A stretch of 63,162 nt of DNA, filler included, from Neolecta irregularis DAH-3 (lineage: Eukaryota), in the NCBI GenBank assembly GCA_001929475.1. It is 5 parts of 5 records of this genome, joined end to end, with 100 filler letters (N's around TTAATTAATTAA, not from the genome) between each part and the next. Parts side by side here need not be neighbours in the genome. Positions count along the whole stretch, not along the records: positions 36,758 to 52,464 come from LXFE01000395.1; 4 more parts are not named here. One strand, 5' to 3'. Within the stretch, counting starts at the first letter, position 1, and each line of letters starts with the position of its first letter. Under the pieces are notes generated by a model, which did not search any database, was not told the DNA's origin, and saw nothing but the letters and a program-made list of their open reading frames with translations. Both the position numbers and the translations under genes were made by a program. Shown piece by piece: positions 36,778-48,007 of this stretch.

Positions 36778-38117
36778 ACTCCATGCTGCAAGAGTCGCCC
36801 CACCAGCGCTCAAACATCTACCAGGTCATGGAGCAGGTCTGCCTCCTCCGCGGCACTGAAATCCCCATCCCCGATGTATATCCCGCCCTGCCTGCCCCCC
36901 CTGACCCCCACCCCCAGATATACCGCGATGCCCCCGACGCCAGCAGCATTCCCATCCCGTCGCCCATTTTGCAGCCTGCAGATTCGCCCACAAACCCCGT
37001 CCAGTTCCTGCCAGAGGTCCCTCCCATGAGGCGAGGACGGCCTGCCGCTCGACTCCCTAGCTCTTCCGCCTCCAGAGGACACTCTGAACGGCCGTGCGTT
37101 GCCCACGATCACCCTCAGGCATCCTCCGGCTCGCCTCTAGGATCAACCGTCAGTCCTCTAGGATCAACCGTCAGTCCCCCGCCCTTGCACTCGCTCCAGC
37201 CCGCCGATATGGCCGCAAGATTTGCCCCCCGTCCCTTTGACCTCAATTCTGGCAGTTCGTTCAACTTTGCCGACACCCCCAGCTCATCCAACCCCTCTCC
37301 TACTAAAAATATCGAGGCCCTTGCAAACAGTTCCTTTACTGTTCGCTCGCCATTGTCAACCCATTCCGTTCGTCACAGTCTATCCCAAAACTCGAATGAA
37401 GTGACCGTCCCTGTATCGGTTGGTGACTTGTTTATCCACTCACCTACTCCGCACAGACCCAATATGATCTCCACAGGTACCATGACATCTCCTGCAGTCT
37501 CCCCGGCTTCGGCAAAGCTCACGAGCTCATCCCTCGACTTGCCAAATCGCGCAGCTTCCAGTCGTAATTCTCTACCATGTCCCCCTCGAGAACCAACCGC
37601 TTCAGAAGATTTGATCAACTTTGTGAATTCTAATGCTTCCAGGCAATCCGTTCGACCGGCGAGCGTACATATTGCATCGTACATGGACTTTCTTAGAGAC
37701 CTCGAATCGTCACCAAGCGGCATCATAAAGGCGGACCATTCGCGACCGCCATCCAGTCAAGCCACAGCGAGCAGCCGTCCCCATTCCAGTGGCAGTAGCA
37801 ATGCAGATCTTTCGCAATTCGATAAAGACACTCGCGAGCGACTGGAAGTCTACCGTCGCAGAGTAAAGGAAACAACCACTGAAAAGCTCGCTCCAACAAT
37901 CCTTCAAAACACCGTCCATCGCTTGTTGAATAAATCTTCCTCCGATAATGATTCCCCTCAACCAGAATCCCAGCGCAGCTCTTCCAAACCTCCAAAGCCC
38001 TACAAACCCGCAAGACTGATGGACAATGTTAAAAGTTCAGCCATTCCCCCAAAGACCGACAGACGCGACTTTGAAAAGGCCTTTGAGCAGCGGTTTCCAA
38101 GTGTGAATTCAAGCTAG
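36778..38117 (+). CDS. Ark1/Prk1-family Ser/Thr kinase, 3' part (5' lost at gap)
   Basis: End of kinase domain MLQESPHQRSNIYQV, MRRGRP motif, Ser/Pro-rich tail ending FEQRFPS; 21-bp duplication at 37134-37177. Confidence 0.8.
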
Positions 38118-38390
38118 AATCAGCGGTTAGGTTCTTTTGGCGTTTGAGGTATAGGAGAAAGTATTATTGGACACAAATGTGACTCGAATGAAAATGTGCA
38201 TTAATTATATGTTTTTTGGTGGTATCAACTGTGCCCTTTCTCTGAATTATGTACTTTCAAGCATTCGACTAACAGGGTAGTAAAGACAAGCCCGTAAATA
38301 ATCATTGTCACGCGCAGTATACGAGTTTCGTGTAGAGTTGTCTGGATTGTTGTTTCTGGGTGAGTATGGTTGTATTGCCTATGTACTCCA

Positions 38391-38500
38391 ATAAATTACG
38401 ATATTCAAGTATAAATTTGATATTCAAGCATAAATTTGATATTCAAGCATAAGATACTCGAGCATAAATTTGATATTCAAGCATAAATTTGATATTCAAG
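38391..38500. repeat. 19-bp minisatellite (ATAAATTTGATATTCAAGC), about 6 units
   Basis: Directly visible tandem array between convergent 3' ends; one shortened unit. Confidence 0.92.
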
Positions 38501-38532
38501 TAATCATGATATTTGGGCGACTGGCAAACGCT

Positions 38533-39724
38533 TTATAGCTTGCTCTTCCCTCCAAGAAAACCTTGAGCCTGTTTCAACTGCTCCACAGCTTCAGCAACAA
38601 TTTCTTCAACAATTTGCTTCGCCGGTTGGATCTCGGTAATTGCGGCTGCCACTTCGCCCATGAGAAACGGTCGAGAATTATCATAAGTTTCTTGAGAAAC
38701 TTCCAATCCAGACTTTTCGGCATCCTCCAAATCTTTGTCGCAGGGAATGATACCTTGAGAGGTAAATCTTTTGATATCTTCTTGCCGATTTTCTTCCCAA
38801 TTCATTATATATGGATTCTTTAGAACACGCAAAGGTCGGCCACTAATCAGTCATTAAAACGTACTTGAGTACCGGGCAAACGTGAAGATAACTGTACGGA
38901 TTGTGTCATCATACCCAGCTTTCAAGACAGCATCTTGATGATCTTTGGGTGCTCCAGACTCCTTGGCGCAAATGAATCGAGTTCCAATCCAAACTGCGGA
39001 TGCACCGTACATTAAAGCAGCTGCAAGAGATTTTCCGTCATTAATACCACCAGCAGCAACAACGAGGATGGGTTCGCCAGTCAATGGCATTTTGTGACCT
39101 TTAACAAGCTGAACAACTTGTGGAATGAGAATCGAAGTCGGAGTGCTGCCCTAGAAACTCAGTACACACGATGGAACGTAAAGCATACAGTATGACCACC
39201 GCCTTCAGTACCTTGAGCACAGATAATATCGACTCCGGCCTCAAGCGCCTTACGTACATGCTTTGGATGTCCAATCATGTTCATGACATAAATTCCATTC
39301 TGATGCAGTTTATCGACAATGACTTTTGGGGGAACGCCGATAGCCGACACAAAAAGCTTTGCTCCAGAATCAATGATAATCTCGACGAGTTCAGGCAAAG
39401 TTCCTTTAGTATAATCGTAATTTGTCTTTCTGGCGCTTCCGCCAACCTGGGGAATGAGCAGGTCGACGCCGAATGGAAGGTCTGGGCGTGCTAGATGTGA
39501 CTTTAAGTCCGAGATCTGCTCTCGAAGCATTGCAGGAGTATAGCCGTGACCTCCGATTACCCCAAGACCTCCGGCATTCGAGACTGCAGCGGCCAAGGTC
39601 GGCTGATATCGTCAGCATCTGGGGCTACAAAACCTAAAGATACATGACTGACGACATTCATGCCAGCCAAGATGACTGGATGTTTGATGCCAAAGATCTT
39701 TGTGAGAGGAGTAGTAATTGACAT
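38533..39724 (-). CDS. Nitronate monooxygenase / 2-nitropropane dioxygenase family, PTS1
   Basis: LAAAVSNAGGLGVIGG, AQGTEGGGHTG, VVAAGGINDG, VWIGTRF; ends SKL. Confidence 0.94.
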
Positions 39725-39919
39725 TGTGGAATAAAAAGGTGGCAATATGATCGGGAGATGTGCGACGTTTTAAAGCTAATCAAGATTGGTGAGCCGAGGC
39801 TAACGTGAAAAAAGCCACATTCTCAGCCCCATTGCTAGTTCTAGTCCCGATTCAGTCATTCCAGTCAGCTGTGTTCTCTGCTCATATATCCCCATCCGGC
39901 AATAAAGTCGGCAATTAAG

Positions 39920-40450
39920 CTCAGCGGCGAATTGCGCCTCCTCCCGTCCTGCCCGTCCCTCCCGTTCCGCCCGTCCTGCCCGTCCTGTTCGCGCGGCAGA
40001 CGGTATAGAGCGCGCGTGGCCGGTTCCGTAGACACCTGCGCGCGAAATATCAGCCGAGGCGCCCTACTGCGAAATGGAGGTGCAGGCGTTGAAGCTATTC
40101 GCACTCCCGTCCCGCCCGCCTCTCCCATCCCGCCCCTGCCTCCTCTCCCGTCCCGCACGTCCGGTCCTGTCTGGCCTATCCTGCACGTCCGGCCCTGTCT
40201 GGCCTATCCTGCACGTCCGGTCCCGCGCGTCCCTTCCGCCTCGCCCGTCCCGCTCGTCCTGCCCGTCCCGCCCGTCCCGCTCGTCCCGCCCTGCCCGTCA
40301 TGCCTGACCTGCCCCTCCCACTCATCCTGCCCGCCTCACGTGCCTCTCGCCCGCCCATCTCTCCCGCCTCTCCCATATTTCCTGCCTGGCTGGCCCATCT
40401 TTCCTGTCTCCCACACCCATTTGGCCTCCGCCCGCCTGTTCAATATTGGC
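39920..40450. repeat. GC-rich low-complexity element (CCCGTCC arrays), probably transposon-derived
   Basis: Arrays of CCCGTCCYG, exact duplication of CCTGTCTGGCCTATCCTGCACGTCCGG, and a unique core near 39990-40105. Confidence 0.75.
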
Positions 40451-40564
40451 AAATTGGCTATTTGGGTCTTGCCTTTTATGGATCACCTGTCTGCCCTGTA
40501 GATTGATTCAATAGCCTGTTTAACTAGTGGTCTACTAGTAATAATCTGCAAACAATAAAGTCTC

Positions 40565-41600
40565 CTAGTGAAAAAAGAAAACCACTGAACATACAAAGTA
40601 TACCAAAATAAACCTCATCAAGGTCCTATTTCCTATTCCAGAGTCGCTTTCGGAAACTGTAATAATATCAATCGTGCTTATATCAAAATGGTTTCCCACG
40701 ACGCTATTCCATAATCGAGATTGAGCTTTATTGGTTCCAAAGTTCTTCCCATATACTCTAAAGAGCACAAATGACACCATGTCGACAAGACATTTCACAA
40801 AAGGAGACCGTCCACTATCGCGCATATGATGGTAGAATTTGGACTGGGTATTTAGAGTGGGATCAGTTGCAGAAATAATCGGTTGATCGGACGGTACTGT
40901 ATCATAACGTACTCTTCGTTGCCGTATGAAACGATGAAAAGGTAAAAGTCTTTTCCATGGATAAACAATGACTTCTTTATTGGATCAAAAACGGTAGTGA
41001 AGTCTTTACCGATGTTGTGGCTGAATATATCGAGAAAAGCCAGTGCAATTATGTCTGAGAATTCCGAAGGTCCTGGCCATGATTTGAGGCCAACGGCGAT
41101 TTCTTTATCGATCGAATGTCTAGGGATTTTGCGAATGAATTACAGGAATATTTCAATAACAAGCATTCCTCGGCACATTTCTCTATAATTTGTACAAAGG
41201 CATCGTTAATTCCCTGAGCAAGAATAGCGGCCGATTCGCTTTCATCCGACCTAGTTTCCACCTCTGTGAAGTAATCGAAATATTAGGCGGCGCAATGGAG
41301 ATTCGTATGAAGCACGATCGACCACAAGATCTTTGACAACATGATGTAGGGTAATGGAGTGCGTAGAGTAAGGTTGCGGTATAAGCCTGTAGAGGAGAGT
41401 TGGGTAAAATCTCTCCACCACGGCATCAAGCCCTTTTCGCAAGGATTGTGCCGCTCCAGCTTTTCCTTGCTGTCTCTGAAAAAGCCACAACATTGTTGAT
41501 GCTGCTGGGAAGAGTCATCTGCGGGGATTTCTTTGGAACAAACCTATCTGAACCCAATCTAAATAGAACTACCCTTAATGTTTTCGTTGGACAGACCCAT
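40565..41600 (-). pseudogene. Fragmented coding-like sequence of unknown family
   Basis: Successive protein-like segments in shifting minus frames (LHHVVKDLVVDRASYE; AAILAQGINDAFVQII; FDPIKKSLFIHGKDFYLFIVSYGNEEYV); no recognisable domain. Confidence 0.35.
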
Positions 41601-41752
41601 GCGGAGCTTCAAACCCTCTGCAATATCTACTTCACTCGTCTCTCTTATTCGGACATTGTGAGTATCTGACCTCTCTGGTCTTCCACTGAGTCTTAAGATC
41701 GTATAGTAGCCAAGGGTCGTTAATAGTAATAACAGTTGGTATTAATATACAG

Positions 41753-42036
41753 TGTTAGGCCTAGCGCGCTAGTCGCGCTGGTTGCTACCCAAATAGCCAT
41801 CCTTGCGCGCCCTGTCCGGTCATCTGACTGATCCCTGTGGAACCCTTTCCACAAGGGAATCCCAAGTCTTGGACTGGGAGGGCGCCCACAGCTTGTGGCA
41901 TCCTCTATGTCTTACCCTGCTTGTACCGTTGTGTGGGGGCGGTGGGACTTGATAGTTCCCATAGACATGTCCTCTGACGTATTTCTAAACTCAACCACGA
42001 TAGATTATTTATTACTCCTTGACCCATTCAATAACA
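41753..42036. mobile_element. Candidate solo LTR (284 bp)
   Basis: Bounded by TGTTA...TAACA; flanks ATACAG/GTATAG are only an imperfect TSD. Confidence 0.5.
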
Positions 42037-42362
42037 GTATAGTTCTCTACCTCTATTTCTACGTTGTTCTGTAATGCTGAATATATGTCTGGAACAATGA
42101 AATACTGCCAAAATTGATGCCCACAATTCATAAATTTGCAATGTTGCTTTCTTTTTCACATATTCCTTGCGGTTGTCATGTAAGCCTGTGGAAATATACT
42201 TGATCTTGCTCGCTCATTGGATTGAAATTTTCGTGAATACATAGATGTCGTTAAATCACGGGACACGAAACCGCAGTCACAGGAACAATAACGAAAAATA
42301 AGACGAGCACCACCTCCACACCAAATCCCATATCGACGGCCCGCTCTGAATATTGGCAGTCC

Positions 42363-43395
42363 ATGTCCGTCGTTTCAAAGGTAAATATTAATTCGTCATG
42401 AGAACAATGTACTGATATGTTCCAGAATCTCTTTGACCTTCTGGGTAAATTTACAACTTGGCTATGCAGCTGTGTACTCATTTCTTTGAACAGGCAACGA
42501 CTCCGATGCGGAACAAGCTTCTACGAAAGCTGTTCCTAAAGAGACAGTTCTGATTACGAGTACCAAGAAGCGGGATTCAACTAGAGTCAATCCTTCCGAA
42601 CGAACGGCTCGAGGTGCCTATCCAGCTCGGGGATCTGCTCGAGGACCCAGTCTGTCTGGGAACGAAGCTGGTACATTTGTATATGGAGCAGGATGTCTAA
42701 CTGCGTAGCTTTTCGTGATCGAGAAGCCGGATCGAGCGCAAATCGCGATAAACCTGTTGATGAGCGATCGCGCGGTCGAGGCAGAGGACGGGGTTCCCGT
42801 GGTGGTCGAGGCAGAGATTTTGATCGGCGCTCAGGGTCTGGTCACATGTATCAATTGTTGCTTGGGTCGCTGTTGATAAGATAGCGACACCGATAAGTCA
42901 GTCCGCCAGGGCTGGGGAGATGAGTCGACTGCTCAACAAGACGGGGAGAACATCGCTTCTGATGACAAGAAAACCGAACGTGCGGAAGGAGCCAGCGACT
43001 CTGCTGCTCCTGCTGTGGAAGAAGACCGCTCCAAGACCCTGGATGAATATCTTGCGGAGCGGGCCGAGAAAGCCGCTGTGATTTCGAGGACTCTGGAGGC
43101 ACGGCGAGCCAACGAGGGGACTGACGAAAGCAAATGGAAGGACGCAGTGGAATTGACCAGAGACGACTCTGAGACGAAGGAATCTTATTTTGCAGCGAGA
43201 CAAAAGACCAGTGCCGGCCGTGCGAGACAGCGAAAAGAGAAGGTTGTTGTAGATATTGATCCGTCGCTTCCCCGCCGAGGACGGGGAAATGCTCGCGGAG
43301 GACAGCGTGGGAGCGGTCGCAGCTCCAATAAGCCGCACGATTCCAACACAGTCAACCTGCAGGACCAGAGTGCATTCCCGTCATTGGGAGCGTAG
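42363..43395 (+). CDS. STM1: Stm1/Oga1 (HABP4/SERBP1 family) ribosome-preservation factor
   Basis: MSVVSKNLFDLLGND, RGG-rich segment, FDRRSGSG, GWGDE, KTLDEYLAE, C-terminal FPSLG. Confidence 0.92.
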
Positions 43396-43504
43396 ACTTG
43401 TATGTAGTAGAGCAGTCATGTAGTAAGTGCGTATAGTGCAGTGCGTTTTGTACAGTGTGGAATACGTGTAGACGCGTATAGCTTGGATATTGATATGCAA
43501 TATA

Positions 43505-43680
43505 TGCGATATATACGTAAAAATGAATATGGCATGCATACAACATGTGCATATACGCAGAAATGAATATAGCATGCACAAAATGTGTATATGCGTAGAA
43601 ATGAATAGACAGTGGTTACGACGTCCGCATATACGTAGAAATGCATATAGCATTCATACAACATGAGTATATGCGTATAG
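43505..43680. repeat. Degenerate 38-40 bp minisatellite, about 4.5 units
   Basis: ATATACGYAGAAATGAATATRGCATGCAYA..CATGTG repeated; purine-pyrimidine alternating. Confidence 0.8.
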
Positions 43681-43966
43681 ACAGCATCAATATGTAGAGC
43701 AATTAGAACATACAGCAGCCAACACAACAGCTAAATCATGCCAATCAGCACCTATCCCGTCCGTTTGAATCTCTTGCAGAACGCGGTAGCATAGTGTCGA
43801 TGTACCAAGAGTACTGTAGAGTGAAGTAGAGGACGTTAGCATACAATACACAACGCTACACCATCATCCAGCCTCATCGGCCGCCAACCAACCTCCTCGT
43901 TCCCTCTTGCTCTTTTCTGTCCGCCCTCTCGAGCCGCCATACTCTATATTTTGCGTCCTGCGTCCA

Positions 43967-45297
43967 ATGCCCGCGGTCGACAGTACGTAATCCCTGGTGC
44001 TGCTACCGCTCATATTGTTTCTAGAGAATCCTTTCGTTGACGCAGATTCCAAAAACCCCTTCCGCAGATCTCCACTACTCGCCACCAACAACCCATTTAT
44101 CGATGTCTCAGAGCACCAGAGCACTTCCTCTTCGACCCGGTTGACAAAGGTTAAAACTTCTGTGGATTTCTTGGTGCATCCTTTCGCGCCCTAGCGTGTT
44201 GATTAGTCAGCCTGCCTCTTTGTCTGCCGAAAAAGAAGACCAACGCCGGTCCAGAAGCAGATCCACTATCGACCCTGAACATCCGGTTGGCTCTGCAAAA
44301 CCTTCGTCGTCTCGCCTCGCCTCGCCAAGGCAGCGCAGCAACTCAGAGTCTTCAGTCATGGATGACAAAAAGCAACGAGATCGTCTTCAACAAGGCAAAG
44401 ATCTAGACAGGGAAAAAGGGCGCGAGCGCCGTCATCATCGTAAAGAAAAAGAGGAAAAATCCAGATCCTCAAACAAGAAACGCGGCGAGAAATCGTCACT
44501 GTCAAAGAAGAAAGCACCTTTGGATAAGATTGATCGACTGGATGTTACCGGCCTCTATGGCTCTGGCTGTCCATCTCATGCGTTTTATTTATGCTAATGT
44601 CATAGTTCATCATGATGGCCCTTTCGACGCTTGCAATCCCCATCGTAACAAGAACCTTATGCGTGCTCCTGTGGCAGCTTTCCCGGAAGACAGCGCTAGC
44701 AATACTCTCAAAGGTGCTGGAAAGATTCCAGCACTAAACACGGATCAGTTTTACGGAGATCGAGATCCAGAAGCATTTAATGATTTCTCTGCAGGTCAAA
44801 ATACTGGTATTCGCTCGGAAACCAAATATAGACCTGGTCTCACTATTCATGCTGCTAGCTTTGATCCATCTCGAAATACCGAGCCAGTTCATGGCGACGA
44901 GTCTCTTGGACTTGGAACTTCGACCTTCCTTGAAGGCGCACCAGCAAGCAGGGTTGCCATGGAACGGCGAATTAGTGAAGAAGAATCTAATGGTCAAAGC
45001 AATAAGCTTGGAAGAAGCAAGAGCTTGGCCCAAAGATTCCGCGGAGTCAAATACGAAGCACCTGGTAGACCAGTTATTTCTCCTGGCAGTGCTGGCACCG
45101 CTAAAATTGGATCACCACCTTATTATCTCAACGACGAAATGAATCCGTTCGATGACATGAAAGATACCAGAGTCTCTGCCCATGAGAATACAAATAGTTT
45201 TCCTCTCACTACCGGGTCTCCTCCTAGAGGTGGTGCCTCTTTATTGTCTCGTGTTCGAAGTCTCAAGGTCAGTAACGCGCGAGGTCGAGATAAATGA
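43967..45297 (+). CDS. PAL1: Pal1 cell-morphology / endocytic protein
   Basis: Three N-terminal NPF motifs; LDKIDRLDVTGLYG, FHHDGPFDACNPHRN, HGDESLGLGTSTFLEGAPAS. Confidence 0.93.
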
Positions 45298-45596
45298 ACG
45301 ATGCATGTATGCATATCGGTCTAGATGATGGAGTTTCTGTTTGCTTTTCTCGATTCTTCCTAGTCTCATTTTCTTCTTTCAATATCAAGGTTTTTTCTAC
45401 GAGTCGATCGTTTTGTTTTGAAGGGCTAGGGTTGTTCTCTATCAAGGCTAAGTTTATGATCACTCTTTAAATCAAACGCTCTGTTGTATACCATAGATGA
45501 TTATCTTATAGTGGTCACGCGACTACTTGGAAAAGGTAAGACTGAGCATACCCCACCTTGCCACCTTGAACAGATTACTAGTGACTTTTATCCGCT

Positions 45597-47817
45597 ATGC
45601 CGTCGACCGCCAAGAGGCTTGCTCAGGTCGCCTCCCATATCTCCAATGCACAAACTTTGGTTTCAAACAACAATATAACGTACCACGATTTGAACCCTAC
45701 TGTTTTCCTACCACGGGCAGCGGCCATAGAGCCCAAGGCCCCAGCGATTGTCCATAAATCCTCTACGGGTCGAGATATCCGTCGTACATATCAAGAGTTT
45801 GCCGATCGTGCAAGAGGACTAGCTTATTTCATTAAACTCAAATGCGGCAATGGGAATATAGGTATTCTAGCACCCAACACACCGTTGCCTCTTGAAGTAT
45901 TCTTTGCGCAAGTCTTGAATCGAATCAAACACTGATCGATAGCGCCCCTGCCGCTGGCCGTGTGTTTGTCGCGGTCAATACACGACTGAAGCAGGAAGGT
46001 TGGTTGGTCTTGTCACCGCACTACCTGCTGACATGAAGAGGTTCAATACATTTTCAGTCACTCTTCATGTGATGTGATCTTTGCAGACCATGAATACATT
46101 CATTTATTGGAAGGATTCAACTGCTCAAGGATAATTCAAGATATTGATGATGATGGGGTTAAGGGTGATTACGAAGCTGCGATACTTGAAGGCCTATCGC
46201 TCGATAAAGGTCGCGGATGGGATGGCCTTGATATAGACACAGTGCACGAAAATGACACATTTACCGTATAACGACTCTCAACCAGCCCGAATTGATGAAA
46301 TAGATCGCCTATACATCTGGAACAACATCAACCCCGAAAGTTGTGACCCTGTTATGGATGTGTTGACATATCAGGGTGTCGAATGTACCTTAAGAGGGAC
46401 ATACCTTGCAGCAATGTCTAATGTAATCGAAAGCGGTCTAAATTTTGCAGATCCTCAAAATCACGGTTGCCGGTATCTGTGGATTTTACCCTTGTTCCAT
46501 GGTTAGTTCTTGAAAAACCCCCAAACTCACACTGTAGCTGTGGGTTGGACTTTTCCCTGGAGTGTTGTTTCTGTTCGAGGCTGTAATTTTTGCCTGCGAA
46601 ACGTTGATTATGATGAGGTTTGGAGGCTCTTGCGCGAGGAGAACATCACCCATTTCAACGCGGGTACAGGGACAATACGCAATAACTAAACATAGCACCT
46701 ACTGTGAATACCATGTTGGTACATCATCCAAAAGCTCAGAAATTGCCTCGCCAAGTTCAAGTTACAGTTGCAGGTGATTGATTCTTTTTGAAAAAGTTAA
46801 CATTAGCTTCACCGCCAAGTGCAAGTTTGTTTAAAGCAATGACGGATTTGAATCTGATGCCAGTCCACGTCTATGGGTAATTCTTTTATATTAGATTACA
46901 AGCTGATAAATAGCCTCACTGAAACCTATGGGTGACACATGGATGAAGATCGCATTGACCAGCAGGCCATGTACCAAGGGCTATTTCATGCCTGAATGGT
47001 TGAATCTTGACAAAAAGGAGATGTACCAAAAGATGGCGCGCCAGGGTCATGGATACATTCTCGCAAAACAACATCGAATTATCAAGGAAAAGCTTGTGAA
47101 AGACGAGAATGGCCATTTAGTTCTCGTTGACGTCCAAAAAAATGGTACTGAAATCGGCGAGGTAGTTTTTAAAGGTTCAATAGCTGTACCTATTTGATTG
47201 ACCTGATAGGCAATATCTTAATGAAGGGATACTTTAAAGATCCGGTGGCGACTGCTAAAGCATTTGAAGGAGTTCGTCTCCGGTTGTATGACTTGAATAT
47301 TGAATATTTAGGGCTGGTTTCATACGGGTGATCTTGCTGGTACGACTTGTATTTGAATAACGGTAACGCGTAGTTTGGCATTCTGACGGCTCTATCGAGA
47401 TCCAGGATAGGAGCAAAGATATCATTATTTCTGGAGGCGAGAATATCTCGACGATCGACGTGGAGTCTTGTATTCTGGGAAATCCTGCCGTTTTGGAATG
47501 TGCTGTGGTTGCCATACGTGACGACAAGTGGGGAGAACGGCCAAAAGCCTACGTTACGTATGGTTTGATCGTCATTTATAATCTAAGGCGCAGACTGAGA
47601 GATACCGCCAAGGGAAAAGTCGCTGGAGAGGATATCATTGTCTGGACGAAGAGCCGAATTGCTGGATTCAAGATTCCCCGCGAGGTAGAAATAGTTGATG
47701 AGCTTCCCAAGGTACCTGATTCCTCTCTGGTTTTGTTCATATCGATAGACCTCGACGGGCAAAGTCAAGAAGCATGTTTTGAGGGTGCTTGCTCGAAAGG
47801 GGATGTCGGGCAATTAA
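45597..47817 (+). CDS. AMP-binding acyl-CoA synthetase (AAE7-like), about 14 introns
   Basis: YTSGTTSTPKGV, LPLFH, YGLTETYGP, GWFHTGDLA, DRSKDIIISGGENIS, LPKTSTGK; PTS2-like RLAQVASHI. Confidence 0.93.
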
Positions 47818-48007
47818 ACATGGTTTTATTTATTCATTGAATATATCTGGACTTGACCATATTTGTAGTATTTGTATGCCATTCTGGATGTTTTAGAGTG
47901 ATGCGATATATTGCGGGTTGATGGAGGCACCCACGAGACCGGGTTGCTATCTTCCCTAGGACCCCATAAACACCAACATTGGTAGCCAGGCTATCTTTGA
48001 TCTATCC

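Noticed and set aside
38391-38500. Possible CRISPR-like array
   Set aside because: Head-to-tail units without unique spacers, in eukaryotic DNA; a minisatellite.
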